In this document: piece by piece, positions 35,470-45,211 of the stretch
How the letters are laid out: each line of letters begins with the position of its first letter
How positions within the stretch are numbered: position 1 is the first letter of the stretch
DNA from: Acidobacteriota bacterium
GTDB lineage: Bacteria > Acidobacteriota > UBA6911 > RPQK01 > JADFOI01
Direction: 5' to 3'
DNA: 64,000 nucleotides
NCBI GenBank assembly: GCA_963663035.1
Contig: OY760074.1
Span: 704,001 to 768,000 of the forward strand
Notes under the pieces: generated by a model
The model's input: only the letters and a program-made list of their open reading frames with translations
What the model was told of the DNA's origin: nothing
The model's database searches: none
Program-made: the position numbers and the translations under genes

Positions 35470-36450
35470 TTACATCCCCACTTCTTCTCTCGCTCTCTGA
35501 ATCAATGCGGGAAGACCGCTGGTATTGCCATGAGTGGACCGATAGAGCTGGTTGAGTTGATCCCTGGAGTCTTTTGCGCTGGGGCCGTTCAATACGAAAG
35601 CTTTGGCAAAGGATAAAATCGCCCGATCCGTGTTTCCCGCTCCCCAGTAGATGTACCCCAGGCGATAGTGAGCGAAATCGTTTTGGGCGTCATGCTGTAC
35701 CGCCGTCTCGAAATTTTTGCGGGCGGCAGTCGAGTTCTTAGCCACGTAAGCCTGCTCGCCTAGTGCCCGGTAACAGAAACCACGAATCTGATTCAATTGT
35801 GCCGTCCACGCTTCATCAGTTTGACCCTCAGGCTTGGTGACCTTGTCAGCAGCTTCAAGCGTCCTCTTGGCGTACTCGACAGCCCTGCCCAGATCGTTGG
35901 CACCCCAATAGGAGTTGGACACTGCCACCAGCATCTCTAAGTTGTTGGGAGCGTGCTGAATGGTGCGCTGTGCCCACTTTCGGAAATTCACCTGGTCCTT
36001 CAGGGACTGGTAAGCCTGGGCCACCAGATAAGCCGTGTTGGCACTGGGTGACTCGGTGTACAGCTTACTGCCAAAGTCCACCAGCTTTTTAGTATTGCCG
36101 AGATTTTGGTAGGCCTGAGTAGCGGCCTGAATGGCTGTCGCGTCATCGGGTCGATGGCGCAAGTAGTTCTCCGCTGTCGTGGCCATCTGCTGCCACTGGT
36201 CCCGTTGTCGGTCAGCCTGATAGAACTGAGCATACAAGTAGGAAATGTTTGGATCCAGCGCGGATTGGCTGTATGTCTCGACGAACTCCAGAAGCAAAGC
36301 CTTTTTCTTGGCGGCATCTGCCTCCGCCTCGGCCTTCTCGTAAAGGTCGTACTCCTGATTATAGGTGTCACTGTCCTGGAAGCCCAGCAGGCGTGGAATA
36401 CAACCGATGCAAACGATAAATACTAGAGCCTTGGACGCTATTGGTCTCAT
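35470..36450 (-). CDS. Exported TPR-repeat protein
   Basis: Signal peptide after ATG 36450 (GAGGAGG SD upstream), helical TPR patterns. Confidence 0.75.
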   Translation of the reverse strand: MRPIASKALVFIVCIGCIPRLLGFQDSDTYNQEYDLYEKAEAEADAAKKKALLLEFVETYSQSALDPNISYLYAQFYQADRQRDQWQQMATTAENYLRHRPDDATAIQAATQAYQNLGNTKKLVDFGSKLYTESPSANTAYLVAQAYQSLKDQVNFRKWAQRTIQHAPNNLEMLVAVSNSYWGANDLGRAVEYAKRTLEAADKVTKPEGQTDEAWTAQLNQIRGFCYRALGEQAYVAKNSTAARKNFETAVQHDAQNDFAHYRLGYIYWGAGNTDRAILSFAKAFVLNGPSAKDSRDQLNQLYRSTHGNTSGLPALIQRAREEVGM

Positions 36451-36608
36451 TACTCCCTCCTCTAAGAGATGATTTACCGTTAAGATAGCACACAATCGTG
36501 CCCTGTGACAGGCAATACCTGAAACATTTTCTTCCTACCTTGATGACTTGCGGGGCGGGCTTCACTTCAGAACCGGCTTTGAGATAAGATTCCAGGTCTC
36601 CTACCCAC

Positions 36609-36683
36609 TCGGGGGTCGTCTAATAGGCAAGACAGCGGCCTTTGGAGCCGCCAATCCAGGTTCGAGCCCTGGCCCCCGAGCCA
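36609..36683 (+). tRNA. tRNA-Gln(TTG)
   Basis: TCGGGGG/CCCCCGA acceptor, GCGGC-CTTTGGA-GCCGC anticodon arm, TTCGAG T-loop, CCA. Confidence 0.95.
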
Positions 36684-37208
36684 ATTCATGAGTCAAACTG
36701 AGAGTTCTGGAGAAGGGAGGAGTTGAGCTTACTTAGTCATTCAAGGCAGCCAGTCTCGCTACCCACTGTTCTAGCTTTTCGTTGTCGGCTTGTAGATCCT
36801 GTCTCAGCTTCCTCAGCTGCTGCACCTCGCATTTTAAACGGTTGATCAACTGTCCCACTACGGCTCCGGTCAAGATGAGAAAACTGGACCAAGCCACCAC
36901 ATTCATCCACAGGTCACGCTGGGTGGTAGCTGCCATGAAAGAGTCGGGATAGTAGTAGACATAAATGACAACGAGCAAGGTGGTGAAGACGCCCCCCATA
37001 ACTGCCTTGTGTGCCTCCAGATAATAGGCCCCAAGCAACATGATAATGAAAAAGAAATTCAGGAAAACCAGCTTGTAGGGGATGAGGTAATTGATAGCGA
37101 CTACGCTGAGCAGGATAATGAGAGCAAAGAGCGCCTCAGAATGTTCGGCGAAGTAACTCTTGAGAGTGTCTATGAGTCGTGACCTGCCCCCACGAACGAG
37201 TCCACCCT

Positions 37209-38114
37209 CTATGCTAGACCCGGGACCATTTGAAGTCCACTCCAAGGGATTGGATCCAGTGCCTGCGACCTAGGTAGTTTGGCCTCTGGCGCCGGCGGCC
37301 GATAGGCCAAGGCGCTGTGAGGCCGGATCTGATTGTAATCCCTCCGCCAGCGTTCTACCAACACCTTGGCTTCCCCCAGCGTGTCGAAGATCTCCATGTT
37401 CAGCAGCTCATCCCGTAGTTTCCCGTTGAAACTCTCAATGTACCCATTCTCCCAGGGGCTGCCCGGCTCGATGTACAAGGTCCTTACCCCAACAGCCTGC
37501 AGCCAGTCCCGGACCGCCTGTGCCGTAAACTCCGATCCGTTATCGGACCGGATAAACTCAGGCACTCCCCGATCAACGAATAACTCCGCCAGCCGGTCCA
37601 ACACGTCTTGGTGATTCATCTGCCGTTTCACATCAATGGCGAGGCACTCTCTGGTGTACTCATCCAGGATCGTCAATAGCCGAAAGGCTCGCCCATCATG
37701 GGTCCGTTCATGCACGAAATCATAGCTCCAGACGTGGTTCTTGCGAGCCGCTCGTAACCGAACACAGGAACCGTCATTAAGCCACAGCCTCCTTCGTTTC
37801 GGCTGTCTGGACGGGACTTTCAGCCCTTCTTGTCTCCACAGCCTCTCCACCCGCTTAGGATTCACCTTCCACCCTTCCCCATGAAGTATCGCCGTGACCC
37901 GCCGGTAGCCATAACGCCCGTATTGCGTAGCCAACTCCACCATCCGGGCCACCAATCGGGCCTCATCATCGGGAATTTGCCTTTCCCTTCGCTGGGTCGA
38001 TCGAACCTGTCCCAGCACTTGGCAGGCCCGACGTTCGGAGACTCGCTCTGCTCCTAATCGCTCTCGTACCCACATCACCGCTCGTCTCCTGTTCGCCGGG
38101 CCTAGAAGTTTCCC
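37209..38114 (-). CDS. IS3 transposase OrfB (DDE integrase core)
   Basis: [37 protein letters not shown]; entered by -1 frameshift from orfA. Confidence 0.92.
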   Translation of the reverse strand, partial: GKLLGPANRRRAVMWVRERLGAERVSERRACQVLGQVRSTQRRERQIPDDEARLVARMVELATQYGRYGYRRVTAILHGEGWKVNPKRVERLWRQEGLKVPSRQPKRRRLWLNDGSCVRLRAARKNHVWSYDFVHERTHDGRAFRLLTILDEYTRECLAIDVKRQMNHQDVLDRLAELFVDRGVPEFIRSDNGSEFTAQAVRDWLQAVGVRTLYIEPGSPWENGYIESFNGKLRDELLNMEIFDTLGEAKVLVERWRRDYNQIRPHSALAYRPPAPEAKLPRSQALDPIPWSGLQMVPGLA

Positions 38115-38380
38115 GAGGACACTTCCTTCAGGATCTGCTTGTCCAAAGACAGATCCGCCACCAGCTTCTTCAACCGGGTATTCTCCTTCTCCAACACCTT
38201 CAACCTCTTGGCCTGGTCCAACCGGAGCCCTCCGTACTCTTTGCGCCACCGGTAGTAGGTCTGCTCGCTCACCCCCATCTGCTTCGACACCTGTCCCACC
38301 CTCTGTCCTTGGGCCAGACCCACCTCTGCCTCACGCAGCTTCATGATGATCTGTTCTGCCCTAAACCGCTTCCCTGCCAT
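38102..38380 (-). CDS. IS3 transposase OrfA (HTH)
   Basis: [31 protein letters not shown]. Confidence 0.92.
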   Translation of the reverse strand: MAGKRFRAEQIIMKLREAEVGLAQGQRVGQVSKQMGVSEQTYYRWRKEYGGLRLDQAKRLKVLEKENTRLKKLVADLSLDKQILKEVSSGNF

Positions 38381-38593
38381 CCTTGCCTCCTTCCTAAACC
38401 GGAAATCCTAACATTCAAACTGGACTCGTTTTAGGGGGCAAGGTCAGTCGGGACCCTGTTGGTCTCAACAAGGTGTCATTGGGCATGACACTTCTTATGC
38501 TGTGCATTGCAACCAGTATGACAGAAAAGATGCACCTACCGTGCAAGTGGATGGAATCTCTTGGTCTTAATCCGCAGAGGTGCTGCTCAGCTA

Positions 38594-40807
38594 TCAGAAG
38601 TCAAATTCGTAGCTGTACTTGACGAAGAATGCTCGCTCCAGCGGATCAAAGGCCTCGCCAGGAGTCTCATAACTCTCATTGTAGACCACGTATAGACCGG
38701 TACCCGCGGTGTTGGTTAGCCCAAAACGGATGTTGCTGCTGAATTCCTGTGAGCTGCTGTTGTATTGAAAAAAGGTCTGAATGAAACGATAAGGGGTAAA
38801 GGAATAGTTGATCCTGAGGCGGACCAGGTTCGTGTTGAAGCTCCCCCAGTCAGCCTCCACGTCGGTGGTGACCAAGCTGAAAGTGGTGATGAATTGAGGT
38901 CCTGTTCGAAATCCCAAGGAGGTGCCATAACTCTTGATATCGCCCTCGAAAAAGCCACCCAGGTTGACATTCAGGTCACCAAAAATCGAGGCCGAGGGGT
39001 CTGATCCCACAAAGAAGTTATATTCATTAAAACGGTAGATACCGACAGGAACCGTGACTCCAGGATGGGGTTCGAAGGCTTCCCGTAGAAACTCATAGTT
39101 ACGGTTCGTGGTGACGCCCACACTGCCGCCATTGGTGAGGCGAATCTCCAGGTCCCAGTGCTGGCGCTCGGTCTCCAGTAACCCGTCAAATCCGTAATGG
39201 CGGGTTACGGAAGCGTGAGGATTCCATTGTCGTACCGGTCCCGATTCGGGACTGGGAGTGAAAGCAAACCCGATCCTGGGTCTGCGGAAGCCCCGCCGGG
39301 GAACAAACCCCACCTCCGGATTGAAGTTGTCCTGGATCTCCATGTATCTCGCTTCAAAGCGCCACAGATCGCTCCTGTACTCGGCGAAGACGTTTCCAGC
39401 GTAATCATCCCCCGACACTCCGGGAGAGTAACTCTTGGCCAGATAACTGGTCAGGATCACGTGCTCTCCAAACCCTAACTGTAAGTCGGTTCCCCAGGCG
39501 CGGTTGTATGCTGAGCCCCCCAGCAGTTCTCCAATGTTGTCTCGATTGGTGAACATGACTCCAAGGCTGCTTCTGGTGCGAAACTCTCTGCGGATGCGGC
39601 CCACAAAAAAGTTTTGACCCGCTACCAGGCCTTCATCGTCGCCTGTCTGAATGGAAAGGATGCCCAGGTTGAAGCGATCGATTTTCCCGGTCAGCCGCGC
39701 TCCTGCCCGGATGGGAACCTCACGACCGTCCTCGATACCGATTCTGCGGCTAAAGAAAAGATCCATTTCCCGTGGAGTTCCAAAGGCAAAGGTACCGGCA
39801 TTTTCCAGAAAAAAGGAGCGTTTCTCTGGGAAGAAGAGGCTGAATCGGGTGAAATTGATCTGCTCGTCATCGACCTCAACCTGCGCAAAATCAGTGTTAA
39901 TGGTCGCGTCCAGCGTCAGCGTCGAGGTGAGTCCGTATTTCACGTCCAAACCGACTTCGTTTTCAAAGTCAGACTCCGAGAGGGAGTAGTCCTTGGTTGG
40001 ACCGAGCAGAATGTAGGGAGTGACCTTGAGGTTCCGGGTGGATCGAATGTCAAGCGAGTCCAGGTCTCCCGCCCGGGACAGCCGATAAATGTTGTAGGCC
40101 TGGGGAATCTCGGCCCAGAAAGACTGCTCATTCTTGCGGCGGACGTTCCGCATCACATTCAATCCCCATTGCTGAGGTCCTTCACTGTCCTTGAAGCGGA
40201 GGGACTTCAACGGAATTCCTAGCTCTGCTTCCCATCCACGCTCGCTGCGGGTGCTGCGGACCTCCCAGGTGACATTCCAGTTCAGGTTGAAGGCGGCCAC
40301 GTTTCCCCGCGACGATGTGGAAGTCGCCGAACTACCCACCCCACCAGAACCACTGGCCTGGCCACCACTGACCCCTTCATTCAGGATTTGGGCATCGTAC
40401 TGGATTCCGGAGGGATTCGTCCCAAACAGGAATCCATTCTGTTGATCATGATAGGTGTCCAAAATAATCAGGATAGAATCGGAATCGTTCAGATTCCCGT
40501 CTCTGCGGCTCTGTGTGTCCACAATCAGATCCGGCTCCGAATCGAAGCAGATCACTCCGATGTAGAGGGTATCTTGCGTATAGAGAAAGCGAACTTCGGT
40601 TCTTTCAGTCGCCGGCGCACCTAAGACCGGACGCTGCTGAACGAAATCGTTCGCCATGGGAGCTGCTTCCCACTCCTGCTCATTCACGCGCCCGTCCAGA
40701 ATGGGAGGCTCTTCGACCCTGACGGCACTGACCGAATGGTCGGCACCCAGGCTCAGAGTGAGGCAAAACAACGAAACCAGGAACGCGAAGTTAACTTTTT
40801 CCCACAC
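38594..40807 (-). CDS. CBM9-like / DUF5916 outer-membrane beta-barrel protein
   Basis: Signal peptide, LDGRVNEQEW CBM9-like start, NTDFAQVEVD, FFPEKRSFFLE, FFSRRIG, C-terminal F. Confidence 0.82.
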   Translation of the reverse strand: MWEKVNFAFLVSLFCLTLSLGADHSVSAVRVEEPPILDGRVNEQEWEAAPMANDFVQQRPVLGAPATERTEVRFLYTQDTLYIGVICFDSEPDLIVDTQSRRDGNLNDSDSILIILDTYHDQQNGFLFGTNPSGIQYDAQILNEGVSGGQASGSGGVGSSATSTSSRGNVAAFNLNWNVTWEVRSTRSERGWEAELGIPLKSLRFKDSEGPQQWGLNVMRNVRRKNEQSFWAEIPQAYNIYRLSRAGDLDSLDIRSTRNLKVTPYILLGPTKDYSLSESDFENEVGLDVKYGLTSTLTLDATINTDFAQVEVDDEQINFTRFSLFFPEKRSFFLENAGTFAFGTPREMDLFFSRRIGIEDGREVPIRAGARLTGKIDRFNLGILSIQTGDDEGLVAGQNFFVGRIRREFRTRSSLGVMFTNRDNIGELLGGSAYNRAWGTDLQLGFGEHVILTSYLAKSYSPGVSGDDYAGNVFAEYRSDLWRFEARYMEIQDNFNPEVGFVPRRGFRRPRIGFAFTPSPESGPVRQWNPHASVTRHYGFDGLLETERQHWDLEIRLTNGGSVGVTTNRNYEFLREAFEPHPGVTVPVGIYRFNEYNFFVGSDPSASIFGDLNVNLGGFFEGDIKSYGTSLGFRTGPQFITTFSLVTTDVEADWGSFNTNLVRLRINYSFTPYRFIQTFFQYNSSSQEFSSNIRFGLTNTAGTGLYVVYNESYETPGEAFDPLERAFFVKYSYEFDF

Positions 40808-40845
40808 GGTGAATCCTCAGTTAATAGACAGTCTTAAAGATATGC

Positions 40846-42228
40846 TTGGAGAAGATACCGAGTCAAGGGAAGCCAGTGAGTGAAGAGTTGCAGGAGAAAT
40901 GCTCTGTTGATACTCTCCTCCAGAAAGTCGGTCGGATGATGACTGTTTTTCAAAAAAGGGGAAAAGAAGTCGTGAACTCAACAAGAACAGGTCTTGCAGC
41001 ACTGGGTCTGAGTCTTCTTTGGGCTGCCCTTGCAGTTCCCGCCGTTGGGCAGGTTCCCTCCTTTCTGGCCGGGAGATTGTCCGAAAGAAATCTCTTCACT
41101 CAAATGGGTTCCTTGCTGGAGCAGGGAGATCTGGCCGGAGCGGAAACATTCCTTCGGGAGAATGTTCAGGCATTGGGTGAAGAACTGCAGGAGATTCTCG
41201 ACGATGTCGATCGAGGTTTTGACGAGCTGGGCAGACAAAAGGCTCGCAATGATATCTTGCAGCAGGGATTCCGTCAGATGGAAGTCGACCTGGCCAAGAG
41301 CGAAAAGGTATTCCAACTCTACAGCGATCTGACAGGACAGCCTAACTACCTGGCACGTTTTCAAGCCAAGCGACTGCGCATCAAGGGAGCCGAGCACACC
41401 AATCACGCCGATTTCCTTTGGGATAGCCTTGAATATGAGCAGGCCCTTCAGGAGTACGCCGAGGCCATTCGGGCCTTGCAGGAAGCCATTCCTTTAGCGC
41501 AATCGGTGAAGGATCACAAGCTGCTCGAGTCCTGTTTAAATAACATCGGCTATGCCGCTATCTATTCAGGGGATCACGCCGATGGCTTAAGCAAGTTCTC
41601 TGAGGCCTTGGAGGTTGCTGAGGAAAGAGGAGATCCTATCCATCAAGGACAGTATTTGCTCAATCTGGGGACATTCTACCTCTATGTCGGTCAGCCGGAA
41701 GACTCCCTCCGCTACAGTTTGCGGGCGGTGGAAGTGATTCAGAAAATTGGCCGCAGGACCTGGGAGGCCAATGCTCTCTTGAACCTGGGTTCGAGTTATT
41801 TAGTCATGAATCAAAATGAGCAGGCTCTCAGCTATTTTCAAAAAGCTCTGCAAAAGTCCCAGGAAGCCAACGACCGGCGCAGTCATGGGAGAGCTCTCTA
41901 CAATTTAGCCTTGATCACCGCACGTTCCGAGGAGTGGGAAGGAGCCGCTGACCTGATGGCTCAAGCTCTGCAATGGTATCAGGATAACGAAGAGGTCTAC
42001 GCCCGAGCCGAGCGGACAGTACTGCGCTATCATGGTCTGTCTTTTCTGAGCAGTACCCACCGCAGATTGAACAATCGCGAGGAAGCAGGACAGTACGCTC
42101 GTGCACTAACAGACCTGTCAGCCCAGGACTCGAGTAAACTGGCTGCTTATTTGGCGGACCCCCATCTGAACTTTTACAAGTGGCAGGACTTTAGAGATCG
42201 AAAGAGTCGAGAAACAGGTCGTTTCTAA
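40846..42228 (+). CDS. Exported TPR-repeat protein
   Basis: Signal-like segment (true start probably later, about 40972), repeated LNNIG/LLNLG TPR motifs. Confidence 0.75.
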   Translation: MEKIPSQGKPVSEELQEKCSVDTLLQKVGRMMTVFQKRGKEVVNSTRTGLAALGLSLLWAALAVPAVGQVPSFLAGRLSERNLFTQMGSLLEQGDLAGAETFLRENVQALGEELQEILDDVDRGFDELGRQKARNDILQQGFRQMEVDLAKSEKVFQLYSDLTGQPNYLARFQAKRLRIKGAEHTNHADFLWDSLEYEQALQEYAEAIRALQEAIPLAQSVKDHKLLESCLNNIGYAAIYSGDHADGLSKFSEALEVAEERGDPIHQGQYLLNLGTFYLYVGQPEDSLRYSLRAVEVIQKIGRRTWEANALLNLGSSYLVMNQNEQALSYFQKALQKSQEANDRRSHGRALYNLALITARSEEWEGAADLMAQALQWYQDNEEVYARAERTVLRYHGLSFLSSTHRRLNNREEAGQYARALTDLSAQDSSKLAAYLADPHLNFYKWQDFRDRKSRETGRF

Positions 42229-42848
42229 TCCTCGACTCGCTTGATCGATCGGATCATCACCGTTTCAACGGGGGCATCGCCTCTAGCGGTTTCCACCGTG
42301 GCAATCTTGTCTAGAACGTCCTCACCGGAAACTAACTTCCCAAAGACAGCATATCCCCAGCCATCCGATCCTGGATAATCGAGATTGGCGTTATTGCTGT
42401 GGTTGATGAAGAACTGGGCGGTGCCGCTGTGCGGATCACCGGTGCGTGCCATGGCCAGTGTTCCGCGGTCGTTTCCCAGGCCGTTCTTGGCCTCGTTCTC
42501 AATGGGATCACGCGTTTCTTTACGCGTCATGTCACGGTTGTACCCGCCGCCCTGGATCATAAAGCCTTCGATCACGCGGTGGAAAATAGTTCCATCGTAG
42601 AACTTGTCATCCACGTACTGAAGAAAATTCTTGACGGTCACTGGCGCCTTCTCCGCGTCCAGTTCGGCAACCATCGTGCCCAGGGATGTTTCAATTTCCA
42701 ACAAGGGTTTGTCTCCTGTGGTCTGCCCGTAAACTGTAGTGAACGTTACCAGGAGCCCTAGCAGCACTCCTAGAGAAGAATGGCGCAAGCAGGCCCCAAC
42801 AGTGGGCCGGTAGTGATTTGGTTTCATGTGTTTCTCCTTTTCTTGCAA
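42225..42848 (-). CDS. ppiA: Cyclophilin-type peptidyl-prolyl isomerase, exported
   Basis: FYDGTIFHRVI, FMIQGGG, GTLAMART, QFFIN, YAVFGK. Confidence 0.93.
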   Translation of the reverse strand: MQEKEKHMKPNHYRPTVGACLRHSSLGVLLGLLVTFTTVYGQTTGDKPLLEIETSLGTMVAELDAEKAPVTVKNFLQYVDDKFYDGTIFHRVIEGFMIQGGGYNRDMTRKETRDPIENEAKNGLGNDRGTLAMARTGDPHSGTAQFFINHSNNANLDYPGSDGWGYAVFGKLVSGEDVLDKIATVETARGDAPVETVMIRSIKRVED

Positions 42849-42885
42849 CTGGAGGGCCTATTAGAACATCGGCGGCCGTCGGTTT

Positions 42886-44097
42886 TCAACCGCCTGGACT
42901 GGTCCTGAGGCTGGAAGCTCGCGGTAGAACAAATTTGTAAAAGTACTCTTCGAACTTACCGGGGTACTCCAGCTTCCACATCGTGAAATCGTGCCGGTTC
43001 TGTTCGAGAAAAAAATCTACAAAGATAGCGGCGTCCACAGCGCCGGCGTCGCTGGCAGCCAGCCAGTGATCCAACAGCACATCCTCGGCCTCAGGGTTGC
43101 TGGCGCTGATCTCTGTCCAGATCAAGAGCAAGTCTATGATCGCCGTCAACTCCTCTCTAAAGCTATACCGGTAAAACTGGAGTTCCGTATCCCTTCTCCA
43201 TGTGACTTTTTGAAACTGGACCTTGGCTGCGATGTAAGTCCTCCATGCCAAACGCGAAAGCTCGCTAAGGTCCTGAAGGTCTTCTTCGGCTGGTTCCTCG
43301 ATTCCCTGATCGATTGCCCACAATACCGACTTGGGGAAGTGGAGTGCCATGTGCTCCACGTTCGCTCCCCCTAAATTCAGTTGTGTCAGCAACTGCCATG
43401 CCGGGGGATAGCTGGGATCGGCTTCAAGGCTGTGTATCAAATTTCTGATCGCCTCCTCTGAGTCTCCCAACAGCGCATTCGATCGGGCCACTAACAGAAA
43501 TCCTACGGGATCACCACGGTCTTTCTCGGTGGCCGCCTCGGCAATCCTCAGAGCCTCGGCATATTCCCCTAGGCTAAAGTAGATTTCTCCCAGGCTGACT
43601 TGGGCTGGCACGTACTCTGGTTCCTTTTGGATGACCTCTTTTAAGGCTTCAACCGCCTTTTCCGTTTCACCGCCGTCAAGAAAGGCTTCAGTCTGGGCCA
43701 GAAGCTGCGCAGTTTCGGGTTTTTGGGGCCGCGGGTTCAACCTGCCCGGGTTCCAGAAAGAGAGGCTCAGTTCCCAGGCCTCGTAACTGAGGGGTGCAAG
43801 GCGCCGGAGGTAGTCCAGGTGTTTGAGGGCCGTTTCCAGCTGGAAGCTACCGTTGGGGCCATCGGGATTACCTTGAAAGGCTGCAAAATTGGTTTGAAAG
43901 GCCGTCCTGTGTGCCTCATAGGAGTCGTGATGCGCTGCCACCAGTTCAGAAGCCTTACCCACAGCAGCATCCAATTGCGAGTCTGTGACCAGAGCAATGA
44001 TCTCTTCGATCCGCTTCTCAATGTCGGGGTCAATTTGGCCCAGGACGAGTGTCGTGGAAAAAATGCAACAGAGAAAAAAGCCTTGGATTTTGTGCAT
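42886..44097 (-). CDS. Exported TPR-repeat protein
   Basis: Signal peptide, TPRs (AQVSLGEIYFSLGEYAEAL). Confidence 0.75.
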   Translation of the reverse strand: MHKIQGFFLCCIFSTTLVLGQIDPDIEKRIEEIIALVTDSQLDAAVGKASELVAAHHDSYEAHRTAFQTNFAAFQGNPDGPNGSFQLETALKHLDYLRRLAPLSYEAWELSLSFWNPGRLNPRPQKPETAQLLAQTEAFLDGGETEKAVEALKEVIQKEPEYVPAQVSLGEIYFSLGEYAEALRIAEAATEKDRGDPVGFLLVARSNALLGDSEEAIRNLIHSLEADPSYPPAWQLLTQLNLGGANVEHMALHFPKSVLWAIDQGIEEPAEEDLQDLSELSRLAWRTYIAAKVQFQKVTWRRDTELQFYRYSFREELTAIIDLLLIWTEISASNPEAEDVLLDHWLAASDAGAVDAAIFVDFFLEQNRHDFTMWKLEYPGKFEEYFYKFVLPRASSLRTSPGG

Positions 44098-44197
44098 CGG
44101 TTCCCTCCTTGAAAGCCCCAGTACCTATGAAACGTGACCCAACTCTATCATGAAAAGTTGAGAACTGGCCAGATGTTCGAATTCGGCCGCACTCGTG

Positions 44198-45193
44198 CTA
44201 TTGAGCTGCATCCGTGACCAGGACCGCAGCTCCCTGAATCCCACCGCTTCTGAGTTGCTCCAGAGCCCGGTTGGACTCAGCCAGGGGAAAAGTCTGGACC
44301 TCGGTTTTAATGGGGACTCGGGGCGCCAGAGCCAGGAATTCCTGGGCGTCTCGGCGGGTCAGGTTGGCGACTGAACAGAGCTTGCGTTCGCCCCAGAGGA
44401 GACTGTAGGGGAAGGAGGGGATGTCGCTCATGTGAATCCCGCCGCACACCACGGTGCCTCCCTTGGCCACAGCTTTCAGCGCTTGTGGGATGAGTTCACC
44501 CACCGGGGCAAAGAGAAGTGCGGCATCCAGTTCCTGGGGTGGCAACTGGTCTGAATCCCCCGCCCAGGTTACGCCAAGTTCCCGTGCGAACCGCTGGGTG
44601 TCGCCATCCCCGGGGCGGGTAAAGGCATAGATCTGACGTTCTTGGTAGAGGGCGACCTGTGCGACGAGATGAGCTGCCGCTCCAAACCCATAAATTCCCA
44701 GGCGCTTCGCATCCCCAGCCTTGGCCAGGCAGCGGTAGCCGATGAGACCGGCGCACAGCAAGGGTGCGGCTTGGACGTCTGAATAAGACTCCGGTATGGA
44801 GAAGCAGTAGTTCTGATCGGCCACAGTGTATTCGGCGTATCCACCGTCGATCGTGTAGCCGGTAAAGCGCGCCCTATCACAAAGATTCTCACGGTTTGAG
44901 CGGCAGTAGGGACATTCTCCACAGCTCCACCCCAGCCAGGGAATTCCCACCCGCTCCCCGATGGCAAACTGGTCGACTCCTTCACCCTTCTCGACCACCC
45001 GGCCGATGATTTCATGCCCCAGCACCAGGGGGAGCTTGGGCTCAGGCAACTCGCCGTCCACCACGTGCAGGTCGGTCCGGCAGACTGCGCAGGCAGCAAC
45101 CCTCACCAGGATTTGTCCAGCAGAGGGTTTGGATTTGGGCAGATCAGCTTCCCGCAGCGCTTGCCCGGGTGCATGAAGCAGCATGGCGAACAT
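44198..45193 (-). CDS. Zinc-dependent alcohol dehydrogenase family protein
   Basis: VCRTDLH, GHEIIG, CxxCxxC...C structural zinc, GIYGFGAAAH. Confidence 0.93.
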   Translation of the reverse strand: MFAMLLHAPGQALREADLPKSKPSAGQILVRVAACAVCRTDLHVVDGELPEPKLPLVLGHEIIGRVVEKGEGVDQFAIGERVGIPWLGWSCGECPYCRSNRENLCDRARFTGYTIDGGYAEYTVADQNYCFSIPESYSDVQAAPLLCAGLIGYRCLAKAGDAKRLGIYGFGAAAHLVAQVALYQERQIYAFTRPGDGDTQRFARELGVTWAGDSDQLPPQELDAALLFAPVGELIPQALKAVAKGGTVVCGGIHMSDIPSFPYSLLWGERKLCSVANLTRRDAQEFLALAPRVPIKTEVQTFPLAESNRALEQLRSGGIQGAAVLVTDAAQ

Positions 45194-45211
45194 AGGGTAT
45201 GAGCCTCCCGG

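Larger units (their letters stand above)
37180..38446 (-). mobile_element. IS3-family (IS407-like) insertion sequence, copy 1, 1267 bp
   Basis: Ends TGACCTGCCCCC...GGGGGCAAGGTCA; 4-bp target duplication GTCG on both sides; orfA and orfB. Confidence 0.95.
36733..38486 (-). pseudogene. Four-TM membrane sensor-like protein with coiled-coil tail, interrupted by IS3 copy 1
   Basis: Removing the IS and one GTCG duplication restores the frame MPNDTLLRPTGSR-LIDTLKSYFAEH... Confidence 0.75.
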
